From Ostrea edulis (Eukaryota): 64,000 nucleotides of DNA. Where the stretch lies: positions 45,632,001-45,696,000 of the forward strand of contig NC_079166.1 of the NCBI RefSeq assembly GCF_947568905.1, in the 5' to 3' direction. This document shows, one piece after another, positions 43,909-56,300 of this stretch (its first letter is position 1; each line of letters starts with the position of its first letter). A program made the position numbers and the translations under genes. The notes beneath the pieces were generated by a model. That model worked only from the letters and a program-made list of their open reading frames with translations, searched no databases and was not told the DNA's origin.

Positions 43909-45423
43909 AACTAGATGTTGTCATAAGACAGTGATATACTAACATGCAAATATATACTCTCCGTCGTACTTGTGTAACTAGCAAAGAATCCACATATAAC
44001 ATGCTCTATTCCATATATATTATTGTTGCATATATGTCAAGATGCATTGAGTATTATGTTGGGCAAGTGCCCTGGAGTCATCCTAAACCTTATGTTATAA
44101 TTGTTGAAATATATTTAAAACAACTGAGGTCCTGACCCCTATGCCATATAAGATAACATTGAATATTATGATGGGCAAGTGCCTAGGGGTCGTCCCTACC
44201 CACATCATTGTTTTGACTAGTCAACTATCTTTAACGCAAATGTATTCTTCTTGCACATGAAACAATGCGCTGAGCTCCAGGTTCTTGTTCGTCGTTTTTT
44301 CACCCCATTTACCCTTCAAGGTGAAAAAGAAGTGAAAAAGAAAATTCCGAAAACTAACTGCGCATCTATACGACACCACCATCTCCCAAAAGATGATTTG
44401 GCTACACTGCATGAAATATAAGAGGAGTTCTGGGAACCATGTTTCTCTACAGTGAAGTGTTTTTCAACGTCAATTGGTCCCCACGGTGTGGCCATTTTCA
44501 CACACAAAAAACCTTACGACTAAGATAACATTTTTGCCCCTGTCTTATACTCAACTGAGTGCAAATATACCCCACGTAAGAATGACAGTTTTATGCTTTA
44601 TATATACATATGCATGTACTTTGCTCATTTAGAAATATATGAGTATAAGAATTCTAAATGAATTGGAGTGTTTTAAAATTTCCATCGTAATTGTAAGATG
44701 TTTTGTGAAAAAGGACACAAGTTTTTAACCTCAATTGGTCCCCACGGTGAAAATGAAAATTCTGAAACCGTATTACAAATCTATAGGACCCCACTAATAT
44801 GATTTGGCTACTGCGTAATGGGATCCAGGAATTGTCTTTCTTTCTTTTCTTTTGTTAAAAAAAAAAAAGACCCCCAGGATGAAAATAAAAATTCCGAAAA
44901 CTTATCGTACATCTACAGGACACCACCAATCATCTTCCAAAAGATGATTTGGTTATTCGAGACACATCTGGGCTTCAGGATGAAAACGAAAATATTGAAA
45001 CCTTAGTGCATATTTATAGGACGTAAACCGTGCACCAATCATCTTCCAAAAGATGAATTGGCTACCGCATAAAATGTAACAGGAGTTCTAAGAATTTTTT
45101 GTGTGTAGAAGAACATCATTTTCGACCTCCATTTAGCCTTCAGGGTGAAAATTCAAATTCCAAAAACTTATTGTACATCTACAGGACACTACCAACCATC
45201 TAAGAGGATTTTTTTTAAAATAGATAAAACATTGGGGTTTTTTTACCCCCCCCCCCCCGATTAAATTGAAAATTCTGAATTCTTAGTGCACATCTATAGG
45301 ACACCACAGATCTATCATATTCCAAAAGATTTATTGGTCACTGCTTAAAAAAAAGAGGAGTTTGGGGAAGAAGAAATTGTGACAGACGTATACGGAGTAA
45401 GAACAATATACCCGCCAATATAA
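43909..45423 (+). mobile_element. HINE-like element with degenerate central repeats
   Basis: Starts AACTAGATG; recurring GACACCACC..ATCTTCCAAAAGATGATTTGG; ends GACAGACG..AACAATATACCCGCC. Confidence 0.5.
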
Positions 45424-45749
45424 GTACATGTATAGTAGAGCTTCGTTCGTCCTTCAATTCATCAATTACATTCTTACCATTCATTACTATCACCAAAATA
45501 ATGAGGTGGGGGCCAATCCGCAAATATAACTTTTTTTTTTGCACGTAAAAATAACTTAACATGCATGCAAAATTAACGGAAAATGAACTTTTCCTAGTGC
45601 GCGAATCTGTCTGTCGACATTTGATATCATGATCATTCATCTAACTTTGTAAAGTTACAGCACCATAAATAATCAATAATGCTCTTAATTGTATAAATAC
45701 ATGTAACTAATTACTGGAGAGGGGTGTAACAGGAGTTACACTCTTTTTG

Positions 45750-45804
<55 letters not shown>

Positions 45805-46109
45805 TGGTGGTAGTATGGTAAATGAAGTGCATGGCAGCCGCCTTATCAATTAAGTGAAGGCCGCCAGTTAATTTATATGGCGGTCGCCAGGTACTTTGCC
45901 GAGTTTTTAGGAGCAAGAAAGGGAGACAAATCATAGTATCAATTGGAGATCTACCCAGGAGCCCTGAATGACTGCATGTAGTAAAATAATTTAACCGCCC
46001 ACTGATCTAACCTGACCGATATACAACAGAGTATGGTGTCTCGACTCGTGTAAGAGATTATACAACCTCTCTGGAACGCAGATGAGAGAAGGTTTGAAAC
46101 GCTGATCTA

Positions 46110-47167
46110 TATGGAGCGCCAAATTAACATAAACTCAAATAATTGAAGATATCTTTAATTATTTGAAGATATCATCAATTCAATTGTTGCGCTCTTTAAT
46201 TGAACTGATGCCCGCATTAAATTAATTATTGCTCTCATCAAATGAATTAATGCGCGCTTCAATTCAAATATTGCTCTCATCAATTGAATTAATGCGCGCA
46301 TCAATTGAATTAATGAGAGCAATAATTGATTTAATGCGCGCATTAATTCAATTATTGCTCTCTTCAATTCAATTGATGCGCGCATTAATTCAATTAATGA
46401 GAGCAATAATACATTTGATGCGCGCATTAATTCAATTATTGCTCTCTTCAATTCATTTGAAGAGAGCATCAATTCAGTAGAAATATTGCTCGCAATAATT
46501 AATTTAGAGCTCGGTTTAAATAATTTGATGATCTCTTTAATTCAATTGAAGATATCTTTAAATCATTTCCAATGCTTTTGTATAAGGAATTAATGCGCGC
46601 ATCAATTCTTTTAAAGAGAGCAACAATTCAATTAAAGATATCATTAATTCAATTATGGATATGTTGAATTGAAGATATCTTTAATTATATAGTTGCTCTC
46701 TCTAAAAGAATTATTGCTCTCTTCAAATGAATTAAAGATATCATTAATTCAATTGAAGAGAGCAATAATTGAATTAATGCGCGCATTAAATCAATTATTG
46801 CTCTCATCAAATGAATTAATGCGCGCATCAATTCAATTATTGCTCTCATCAATTGATTTAATGCGCGCATTATATCAATTATTGCTCTCTTCAATTGAAT
46901 TGTAGCGCGCATCAATTCAATTGTTGATATCATTAATTCATTTGAAGAGATCATTAATTCAATTCAAAGCGCGCATCATTTCAGTTGAAGAATTAATGCT
47001 ATCATCAATTCAATTAATGCGCACAATAATTCAGAATTGAAGATATCATTAATTATTTGAAGAGATCTTTAATTCAATTGTTGCGCGCATCAAATGAATT
47101 GATGATATCTTCAAATAATTGAAGATATCTTCAATTATTTGAGTTTATGTTAATTTGGCGCTCCATA
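46110..47167. mobile_element. IS3EU-like non-autonomous element 3 filled with 21-bp repeats
   Basis: 44-bp TIR TATGGAGCGCCAAATTAACATAAACTCAAATAATTGAAGATATC; 6-bp TSD GATCTA (46104-46109, 47168-47173); GCGCGC/GCTCTC/GAGAGC hexamers every 21 bp. Confidence 0.9.
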
Positions 47168-47436
47168 GATCTATTGACTGTAAAGCTGATACATGGCTGG
47201 ATATCGCCGCTTCGGCTCAAACATTGGTGAAAATATTGCTCTCTGTTAATTTAGAGCTAGATAAATGATTCGATGATCCTTTAATTATTTACCACATGTG
47301 CGCGTTAATTTTTTTTAAAAGATATAATCAATTCAATTGTGGATATGTTGAATTGAAGATATCTCTAATATAGTTGCTCTCTCTAAAAGAATTATCGCGC
47401 GCATCAATTGAATTAATGGTATAAGATATTTCTAAT

Positions 47437-47716
47437 GGATCCCGCGGTATAATCCAGGTACTTGTATCTATTAATAGGCCCTCAGTACCCCTTGCTTGTC
47501 GTAAGAGGCGACTAAATGAGGCGGTCCTTCGAATGAGACCGCAAAAACCGAAGTCCCGCGTCACAGTGCAGGTGTTGACCAATAAAGATCCCTCCCTGCT
47601 CAAAGGCCGTAAGCGTCGAACATAGGCCTAAATTTTGCAGCCCTTCACCGGCAATGGTGAGGTATTCATATGAGTGAAAAATTCTCGAGCGGGACAATAA
47701 ACTATCAAACCGACCA
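47437..47716 (+). mobile_element. SINE copy 5
   Basis: Same core as copies 1-4. Confidence 0.85.
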
Positions 47717-47954
47717 ATTCAGTTGAAGACAGCAATGATTCAATTATAGTGCGCATTGATTGATTTAATGCGTGCAATAATTCAGTTAAAGAAAGCATTA
47801 ATTCAATTATTGAGTGCATTAATTCAACTTTGATGCGCGCATTAATAATTGCATCATTGCTCTCTTTGAACAATTGAATTATAGCGAGTATCAATTCCAT
47901 TGTTGATATCATTAATTCATTTAAAGAGAGAAACAATTCAACCATTGCACGTAT

Positions 47955-48048
47955 TGATCAACGGAAGCTAAGTCTGTTTTGGACTCGAACTATTCGATAC
48001 CATATTTATGGTATCACAGAGTTCGGGCCCAAAACGGGCTAAGCCCCT
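47955..48048. mobile_element. Small hairpin MITE with 9-bp TSD
   Basis: Imperfect arms AGTCTGTTTTGGACTCGAACT / AGTTCGGGCCCAAAACGGGCT around GATACCATA-TT-TATGGTATC; direct repeat TGCACGTAT at 47946 and 48049. Confidence 0.6.
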
Positions 48049-49253
48049 GTGCACGTATCAATTCAGAAGAATGCTATCAATAATTCAATTATGGCACGCA
48101 ATAATGCAGAATTGAAAATATTATTATATGAAGATAACATTAATTGAATTGCAGTGAGTATCAAATGAATTGATGATGCTAGTATCTTCAAATAATTTAA
48201 GATATCTTTAATTATTTGAGTTTATGTTAATTTTGCGCACCCTAGTCATCGTCACTTTAATTGATATCCTCCATACAATTATCAAAGATAATTATACACT
48301 AATTATAAAATCAGGGTGTCAGGGTGTGTTGCTGACCAGTATTAACTCTATCAAGTCAACTACAATCAATGTAACTGATAATATATGTACATTAATTTGT
48401 ATGTGTACATGTATTAGAATATTTCGTTATGTGGGTTCAGGTGACTATTTAATAAGTTTTGAATAGAATATTTCCAGTATAAAAATGTGTAATCTTTCAT
48501 TCTCTTATTCACAGTTTCATTTATAATTAATGCTTTTCATTTTTTGTTTGTTACTAACCTACAATGCACAGTAGATCAAAGTACATTTTCAAAAATAGAA
48601 CACATATTTACTATATAGTACGGTCAAGTCTCTCTCTCTCTTAACTGACCTGATTATGCATGCGGAAGTAGAGAAAAAGATTCCAAGATTTAATCCAATT
48701 TAACTTTCCATGACCATATTGACCCGACCTACGTCTGAAGCCTTGCCCGACCAGGGGCGATGGATTTGACAGGCGTCATAACCATGCATTCAGTTTTTCC
48801 TCCACTACCAGAAGTAAAGAAAATGATTTTTAAAAAGATCTAACTGTATATGGTTTAAACCCTTAACCCAGGTGCCACGAATTTCACAAATTAGGTAGAG
48901 GGTAACCATGCATTTCGTTTTCCCCACATGTCTGAGAGTACAGAATATTTTCTAAGATATAATATATCTTTACTACCTACATGTATATGACCATATTGGC
49001 TCCACTCTAGAGAGTGAACCAGTGAGGGCTATGAATTTCACAAGTTTGGTAAAGGGCTTCATGGACATCATAAGCATTGGTTTTTCTCTCACATGTGTGG
49101 GAGTAGAGAAGATGATTTTTGAAAATTTGACATTTTTTGCAGTTTTGGTCCCACTCTTGTATTTTTAAAGAGAAAATTACTTGCATCTTTCAGATTTCTG
49201 AGAAATGTTTAATCTTATCTATATCATGGATTAATTAAAAGAAAATGAACGAG

Positions 49254-49865
49254 AACAAGCATTCTGAGAATACTGCATATAGCAATACATAGTCCCCTAC
49301 CAGAGGCAAAAATTATTGGAGCGCAACAATATTCGAAGTTCATTATGAGACTGAGTTTATGGTAAAGGGAAAAATTGGGGAACCAGGATAGGAATGGTTG
49401 GAAATCAACTACATTATTCAGGTACAAACTTCAAAATTGATCTGTAACTTGTTGTGGCAAAGCAATCAGCATGATGACGTACTAAATATCAAATGAATAT
49501 CTGTAAGAACAACCAAAAAGTTTTAGGAAAACTGACAATTCACGCTATTTTTCTAAGGCCAAGGGCCATGACTTTGTGAAAAATCAACGGACCGAAATCA
49601 AATTCAAACTTGATCAGTAACTTGTTATGGCAAAGCAATGATTGATTGTTGTTTTGCGCCACACTCAACAATTTTTCAGCTGGAACGGACCAAAATTAAA
49701 TAGGAACTTCATTTGCAGCTTGTTATATTGGCAAAGCAATGTACCAAATATGAAATAAATATCTGCAAGAACAGAGAATTAAAGTGCAGAAAACTGATTT
49801 GCAGGACTGACGGACAGAGTGCAAACCTAAAGTCCCCTTCTACTTCATTGGTAGGGGACTAAAAA
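49254..49865 (+). mobile_element. HINE-like element
   Basis: 5' AACAAG, subTIR TAGTCCCCTACC (49290) and 3' GGTAGGGGACTAAAAA preceded by a palindrome and a GACGGACAG microsatellite. Confidence 0.7.
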
Positions 49866-51226
49866 CCATGTGAAAGAACTCAAACAAGTGATGAGGAAAT
49901 TCATGGAATTCGTTTGGGATATAGTAATCAACTTAATTGCTTCAATTTAATGAAATGTCTACATTAGTTCTAATGCTTTAAGCCAAACTGGTATTCAGAT
50001 ATCTAAATTATCTATGATACTAAAGAAGTGATTATTATCATTTTTTGGTTGTTATAACCAACAAGGGTGATCTTCTTTGGCTTTACATAGTCCTGTTGGT
50101 GGGGGTTGGGCTTCCACCACCAAGAAAAATTTGATACCAAATTTAATATATAATAATTAAAATTTCTTATCATGAATCTCCCATAATAATTTTACTTTAA
50201 AATAAAAATGTGTACTTCACATAGTCTTTATTGAAATACGTTTAAAAAAAAATTAACATCACAACATCAGAGATGGAGAGGACCTTAATCCAGGCCGTGC
50301 GACTGTCTGTATTCTTAAAAACAAATCTACATGCACATAGCCTCCCTCTCTGTTCTTGTGAAATATGTATATATTGGAATCCATACTGACTCTAAAAAGT
50401 TCATACTCGGCAAGTGCATAACACTGTAGTATGAAAGAAATGAATTACGAATGGTTATATGTTGCTAAAAATAAAACTTTCATGTTCAATGAATAAATAG
50501 ATTTATTGATGCTTTATCACAATATGGTTAAGTATATACAGAATTTTATACTGTGGACACATTAAAGTATTAAATATGAAATCTGAGATAGTTCCTTTGT
50601 ATGAATGATGAGAATTAAATACCAGTCTCACTGAGTGAAGATACACATATTCTGGATTTATCACAGCCTCCTTTTCATCATCACACACGGTCTCAGATGA
50701 ACAGATGAAAAACTATATACAACATCCTTGTAGAAAACTTAATTCCAGTCTTGACTGACTATATTTGAAATAAGGCTTTTCACTGCATCTACATTTGGCT
50801 TAAAATTACATGACACAAGTTCTTATCAAAAAAGAAGAGAAAGATTTTGCTCTACTTCAAACAAGGTTATTAAACATCGGTGGTCACGAGTAAAAATCAA
50901 GTCTGTGCCCAAAAGTGATGACAAGCATACAAAATATCCTGATCAAATTATCCAAATCAAATATCCAGATCTTATTCTTAAAGATTTACTTCAAATATAT
51001 ATATACATATCTGTTCATAAAAATCCACAGTGAAAGAACTGCCTCTGTAATCGCAGGTCTGAAATAATGCTTGCTAGCTTCTCGTCTGCTGCTCTGGGTG
51101 ATTTAATGTTTTACCCCCACCCTCCCAATCTTCTTCCTCAAGGAAAGTATTTTCCAGTGTTTTTTTCTTTTATTATCCTGCTTAAAGTCATGATTCACAT
51201 TCATAAAAACAATTTAACAGTACAAG

Positions 51227-51581
51227 TTAGTTAAGCATACATGACTCGTATGTTGGAATCATGTATTTGATGTTGATAAATGCATCCTCTCCTCCATGGC
51301 GTTCGAATGCTTCTAATGTTTCCTGTATTAGATCTCCAATGTTCTCTCTTTTCTGTTGGCTGTAGTCAATTCCATCTCCTGAATTCACTAAAATCACAGA
51401 CATATTGTGCTATTTAGTCTTTCACAATTTGAATATTGATGAATGTTTATTAGCACAGTCATAAAAACATAACATAAAAACTATTATCCTTGTTATCTCG
51501 TAATTTAGAAATTTTCATATCCATTCATTTTTTAGTACCTTATCAATTTAAAGATGATGAGAAATAACCTACAGCGTACTC

Positions 51582-51616
<35 letters not shown>

Positions 51617-53050
51617 ATTTGTAGATACTAAGTACTACTTACAATTTCTATTTTTGAAAATGTTGAGGATTGGCAGAATTTGTCTGTAGTAAGGCACAAG
51701 TGCTTCTCCCACCATGTCAGCTGACACCACCAGATGTTGCAGGACTTTGAGAGTTGTGCACATAACCTGTGGGTTCCTCATGTTTAACGCATCTGTAGAT
51801 ATAGTGAAAATTGTTGAATTGATAAGTAAAACACAGATAGCATACAGACAAAATCTAGTTTTACTAAAATCCTAATTCACATTAATACATTTACAGTTAA
51901 TCCGGTCTAATCTGACACTTGAATAATCAATTTCAATATGAAATCCAACCCTACATTCATCACAGATTCTGTCCATGAACTGTACCATCCAATAACCTAT
52001 CTAATCTAACAAAACATAGCACACCCATTGCATGTCAGATTAGACTGTAAAGTATTCCATTATTTTCTTCAATTAGGGTAATTTTACTTTGCTAGAACAG
52101 TGAATTACTATCCATTGCACTAATATTATATTTTGATGAGGCATCACTCAATGGATCTATTTTGATGATTAAATAGGAATCACTTACTTTTAATTGGGAT
52201 AATTAACTGAGGTATTACAGGTAAGATTTTGGAACCACCATGCTCAAGCATGTCATGAACACCCTGTCTGGCAAAGAACTCGTACGGGTGTGCTGTTTCA
52301 CACAGACCATCGAAAAAGAGAGGAAGATAGTGATGATAATCTAGCTTTTCAATCTCAACCTAGAATTTGTGAAATGCAAAACAATAAATAAAACAACATA
52401 ACTAAGATATAATAATATTAAGTCATAGCTGCTTTAAAACTCCAAAAGAAATAACATAATACAAACCTTCCACGCAATTTTATTTCCTTTTGTGTCATGT
52501 TCCAAAGCAATGGGAAAATCACCACGTTCATAGAATTTTCTGAATGCTGTGGGTGGTGCATCTTTCTTAACAAAAGCACCTGCTGCTGGGGGTGAACCCA
52601 TTTTCTGCTATTTGATGAAAGAAATTATAAGTTGATAAATATATTAATCATGTTAATTAAAACTTTTCACATGTATCCATGGTAGAAAACTGTGTGTAAC
52701 AATTAAATGCCAAGAGGTGGTTGTCTCGTAAAACTTTTGACGTTTTTCTTTCATATTTTGTGTATAATAGATTCAATGAAAAAATACAACAAAAATAAAA
52801 TAAAACGTACAATAGCAATATGTTATCTATATATGATGCTCAGAAATAAGAATGATATAGTGTCCGGTGTTACATTTAGAATATCAACAATGCAGCATGT
52901 CAACAGTAAAGAATCGATATAAAAAGAGTTTTAACTTACATCGGCGCTCTTTTTCATGTAAGATTTTGTTGTGAATGCATCATCTGTCTTCTTCATGCTT
53001 CCAAAGCTCTTTTTCTCGTTCACTCGAGTCTCAAACAGTGTCTTCGACAT
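51227..53050 (-). CDS. PACRG: Parkin co-regulated gene protein (axonemal inner-junction protein), 243-244 aa
   Basis: complement(join(51227..51387,51643..51792,52188..52359,52467..52604 or 52607,52940..53050)). Signature [57 protein letters not shown]...[49 protein letters not shown]. Confidence 0.95.
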
Positions 53051-53300
53051 CTTGTTAGCACTGTATGAAGGAAATCTAATGTTAATCACGTACTATCAAA
53101 CAGAAAATAATCATGGAGGCACCAACAACCCTCGTAGTCAGGCAACAAGACAATGAATGCCCCGGATCGGATGGTTTACTCCGTCGTAGTCATGGATGCA
53201 AATTTCAACTTCCGTTTCCCATTCTATTGCGCATGCGCAAAATATAAAAACACGGTGATATCCGGTCATGTCTTGAGAACATTAGAATTTTGATAAAAAC
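53051..53300. promoter_or_regulatory. Bidirectional promoter PACRG/MRPS15 with NRF-1 and ETS-type motifs
   Basis: Divergent ATGs ~250 bp apart; palindrome TTGCGCATGCGCAA (53227-53240); ACTTCCG (53208-53214). Confidence 0.7.
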
Positions 53301-56300
53301 ATGTACTCTTTCTCGAAAGCCTGTATAACTGCAGTACAGGAACAGTGCAGCTATGGAAGAATTATGTTTCTGTCATGTAGAAAATTTGCATCAAAATATT
53401 CAAACAGTGTTTGTGTTCCTATGGCATGCTACAAACCAGCAACGTGTGAAAAGGTCAAATTACTGAACCATGGTTAGTAATTCATTGCGTTTTGAGTGAA
53501 TTTTGAAACTATTACATTGAAAACGCATCCAACCTCTGTTTTACAAAGGACTTACGATGAAAGAACCCGCCAGTTCGTGGGGTTGGATTGTCATTTAAAG
53601 AGCATCAATCAGCAGAGATTATTCGAGTTAATAGTTGTGTGGGAAACTATTTAGAAAAGTTCAACTGCATATTGATTAGGAAAATTTACATCTTCAATAT
53701 GAAACCAATCTTTAGTCAAATTTTATTGTCAATCGTTGCCAGTTTTGCCACCATTGACTCAAATCAAGATCACAATTGAACTGTTACTGGCAATAACAAA
53801 TGGCATATAATATCCAATGTAATATGCTAACAGTTTTATTGTTTTCCGAAATGTACAGGCCCTGAAATGTACTACTACTTCATAGGCTTCTTGCACAATA
53901 CATTTCTATCACATAACAAAATTTTTGGGAAGTTTCTAGTATACCGGTCCTCAGCTTCAGAATGGATGCTAGAAATTGATGGACATTTAGTTACTAGTCC
54001 TTTTGAATACTTATCTATCTTATCTGGCGATCGAGGCACCCATGCAATCTTTTGATGCTTACCATGTAAACCAGCTCGAGAGATTATAGTAGGTTTCACT
54101 TGTGAATTGGTATGATTGCTAATCATGGATTGTTAGAATATAATTTACAGGGTCATTGATTTTATGCTAAACAGAAAGTACCGACTCTCGTTGGAAACTT
54201 TATGTAATTATATATGATTAATATTTATGAAGAAAAATTAATTATGTAATGAGTAAATACGTCAAATCTCCTTAACACTCAGTTAAAAATTTATAGGTAA
54301 TTTTCCCTCGAAAAATGGCGATAAAAGTACACGTAACTGTCAACTTATAGGGCTCTCTCTTGCGTATAATGGTTGGGTTTGGGATCAAGAGGAAGAATGA
54401 ATTCTACGTCTGGACCAGTTATTGTAGGAGCTGTTGGAAAATCTGAATGTCCTGACTGTTTTCTTAGGCCACGCGTTATGGACGAGTCACACAGACAACT
54501 TTTGTAGCCAGAAAAACTAATTCAAACAGAAGAAAACTTTATAAGCAGTTTTGGAATGTGTTAAGTCATCATGGGGTGTGGGACGATGATCGGTAAAGCC
54601 GTAGTATGCAGGAACTCCTGTTTGAAACTATGTTTGGCAGTCACACATTGTCAGATACCGGGTATCCAACGATGGCAGTCCAAGAAAGCTTAGAATATTA
54701 AAAGAATATTCTGCCTAATTTTTCAATGGCTAATTTATACAAAATAAATTTATCGAGCTTTAACATGGTTGATTCATTAAATTTAATTATCAACATTTCG
54801 ATTAACCTGCACAAAAATATTACTAGTACCCTGAATTTATCAATCTTACGAAAACATGCAGGTAACACAGATAACATCCTGTAGTGAGTAATTGGGATGG
54901 TATATACACAAGCTAGCAGGGTTCCCTTGGGGCTTCACACCTGCCTAAAATTAGCTCCGCCCTTTTTTTTTTTTGCACTTAACTTACCTGACGAAAACTG
55001 ACCAGTTGAAAACCTCTTCCTTCAAATGATGCAAAATACAGAACTCGACGCTTTTTAGGTGTTGTAGTATGTTTCACGGTCTGTATTTTTCAATAACTTT
55101 TTTCATTTGATAATTCATTACTTAATACAATAACTAATATCAGTTCATAAAATAACAATTATTCATTCTAAATATTCTGTACTTAATATTGAAAAATGAA
55201 TGATGTCTTATGAACCAGGTAATTGGGCAATATTGTATTGGGAAGGGAGAGAATTCCAACATGCTTTGGCGACAAGTTTCTGACAGTATACAATTTGAAA
55301 GTTGTACAAGAATTCTTAAGGTGTTTTGATTTTACATAATTTAAAGTGTATGGTAAATATTCTGTAGGAGATTTAATTATTATACAGTATTTGATTTTAC
55401 TATTGTAGTTTCTGTCCGTCTGTCACAAAATTTTGTGAACACTGCACTACTTGAAACTTTGTACAATGCTTCATTACCATTTGTAGATGTGCATATTGGT
55501 GGAATAGGAGGATCAAATAATTTTCCTAAAAGTTCAATACGCCAGTTTTGAGATACGAACTCTTTTGTATAGGAGGTGCATTTAGTGGAACTTTGAATGC
55601 CTAAGTGGGACAGAGTGGATATGCAGCCAACGAGGAAGACGATGAAATGTATTAAAAGCGGCTTCTCTTTAAATATGTAAATGTGGGAAATACTAAATAC
55701 TATCGAAAGAAATGTTTTACCGAAGAGGAAACATACAAACAATGTCATATTTACAAGAAATATCTTGGATATGGTACTTATGACCAGCGAAATAACGTGA
55801 TAGGATAAGAATTCTATGTATTTAATTACTCCCTAAATACTTATCACTTACTATATCTGTCCCACTCCCGCGAGTAAACAAATTCTTTCGCGCCTTACTA
55901 TGTACGAGAGTTCTCCAAAGGGAAATAACTGGGACGTATCTCGAAACCGGCGTATTGGATCTAAGACGGATGGATGATGTATAAAATAGCTTGTGAATGC
56001 TTCTCCTCCTCTATGGCTTATCTGATAAACTTGAAATTTTGTACGATACTCCAATGCCATTTTCAGATGTGCATATTGTAGGGACAGGAGGATCCAATTG
56101 TTATCCTTAAAGTTATAGTGGATCTGAGGGGTGGAGGGTGTAAAATAGTTTGTGAACATTTCTATGTGGCTTATCGAAGTTCATATTTTATTTTTTATTT
56201 CTGCTCATGCATTATCCTCCATACCATGCAGTGCATTAAGGGGAGGTTTCATTTGGAGCACTTCCAATTTGGGGAGACATTTGTTTTTCATAAAAACAAT

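Larger units (their letters stand above)
47230..48244. mobile_element. Older degenerate copy of the element 3 family, interrupted by a SINE and a hairpin MITE
   Basis: Same 21-bp repeats; degraded right TIR TTATTTGAGTTTATGTTAATTTTGCGCACCCTAG; no left TIR found. Confidence 0.7.
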
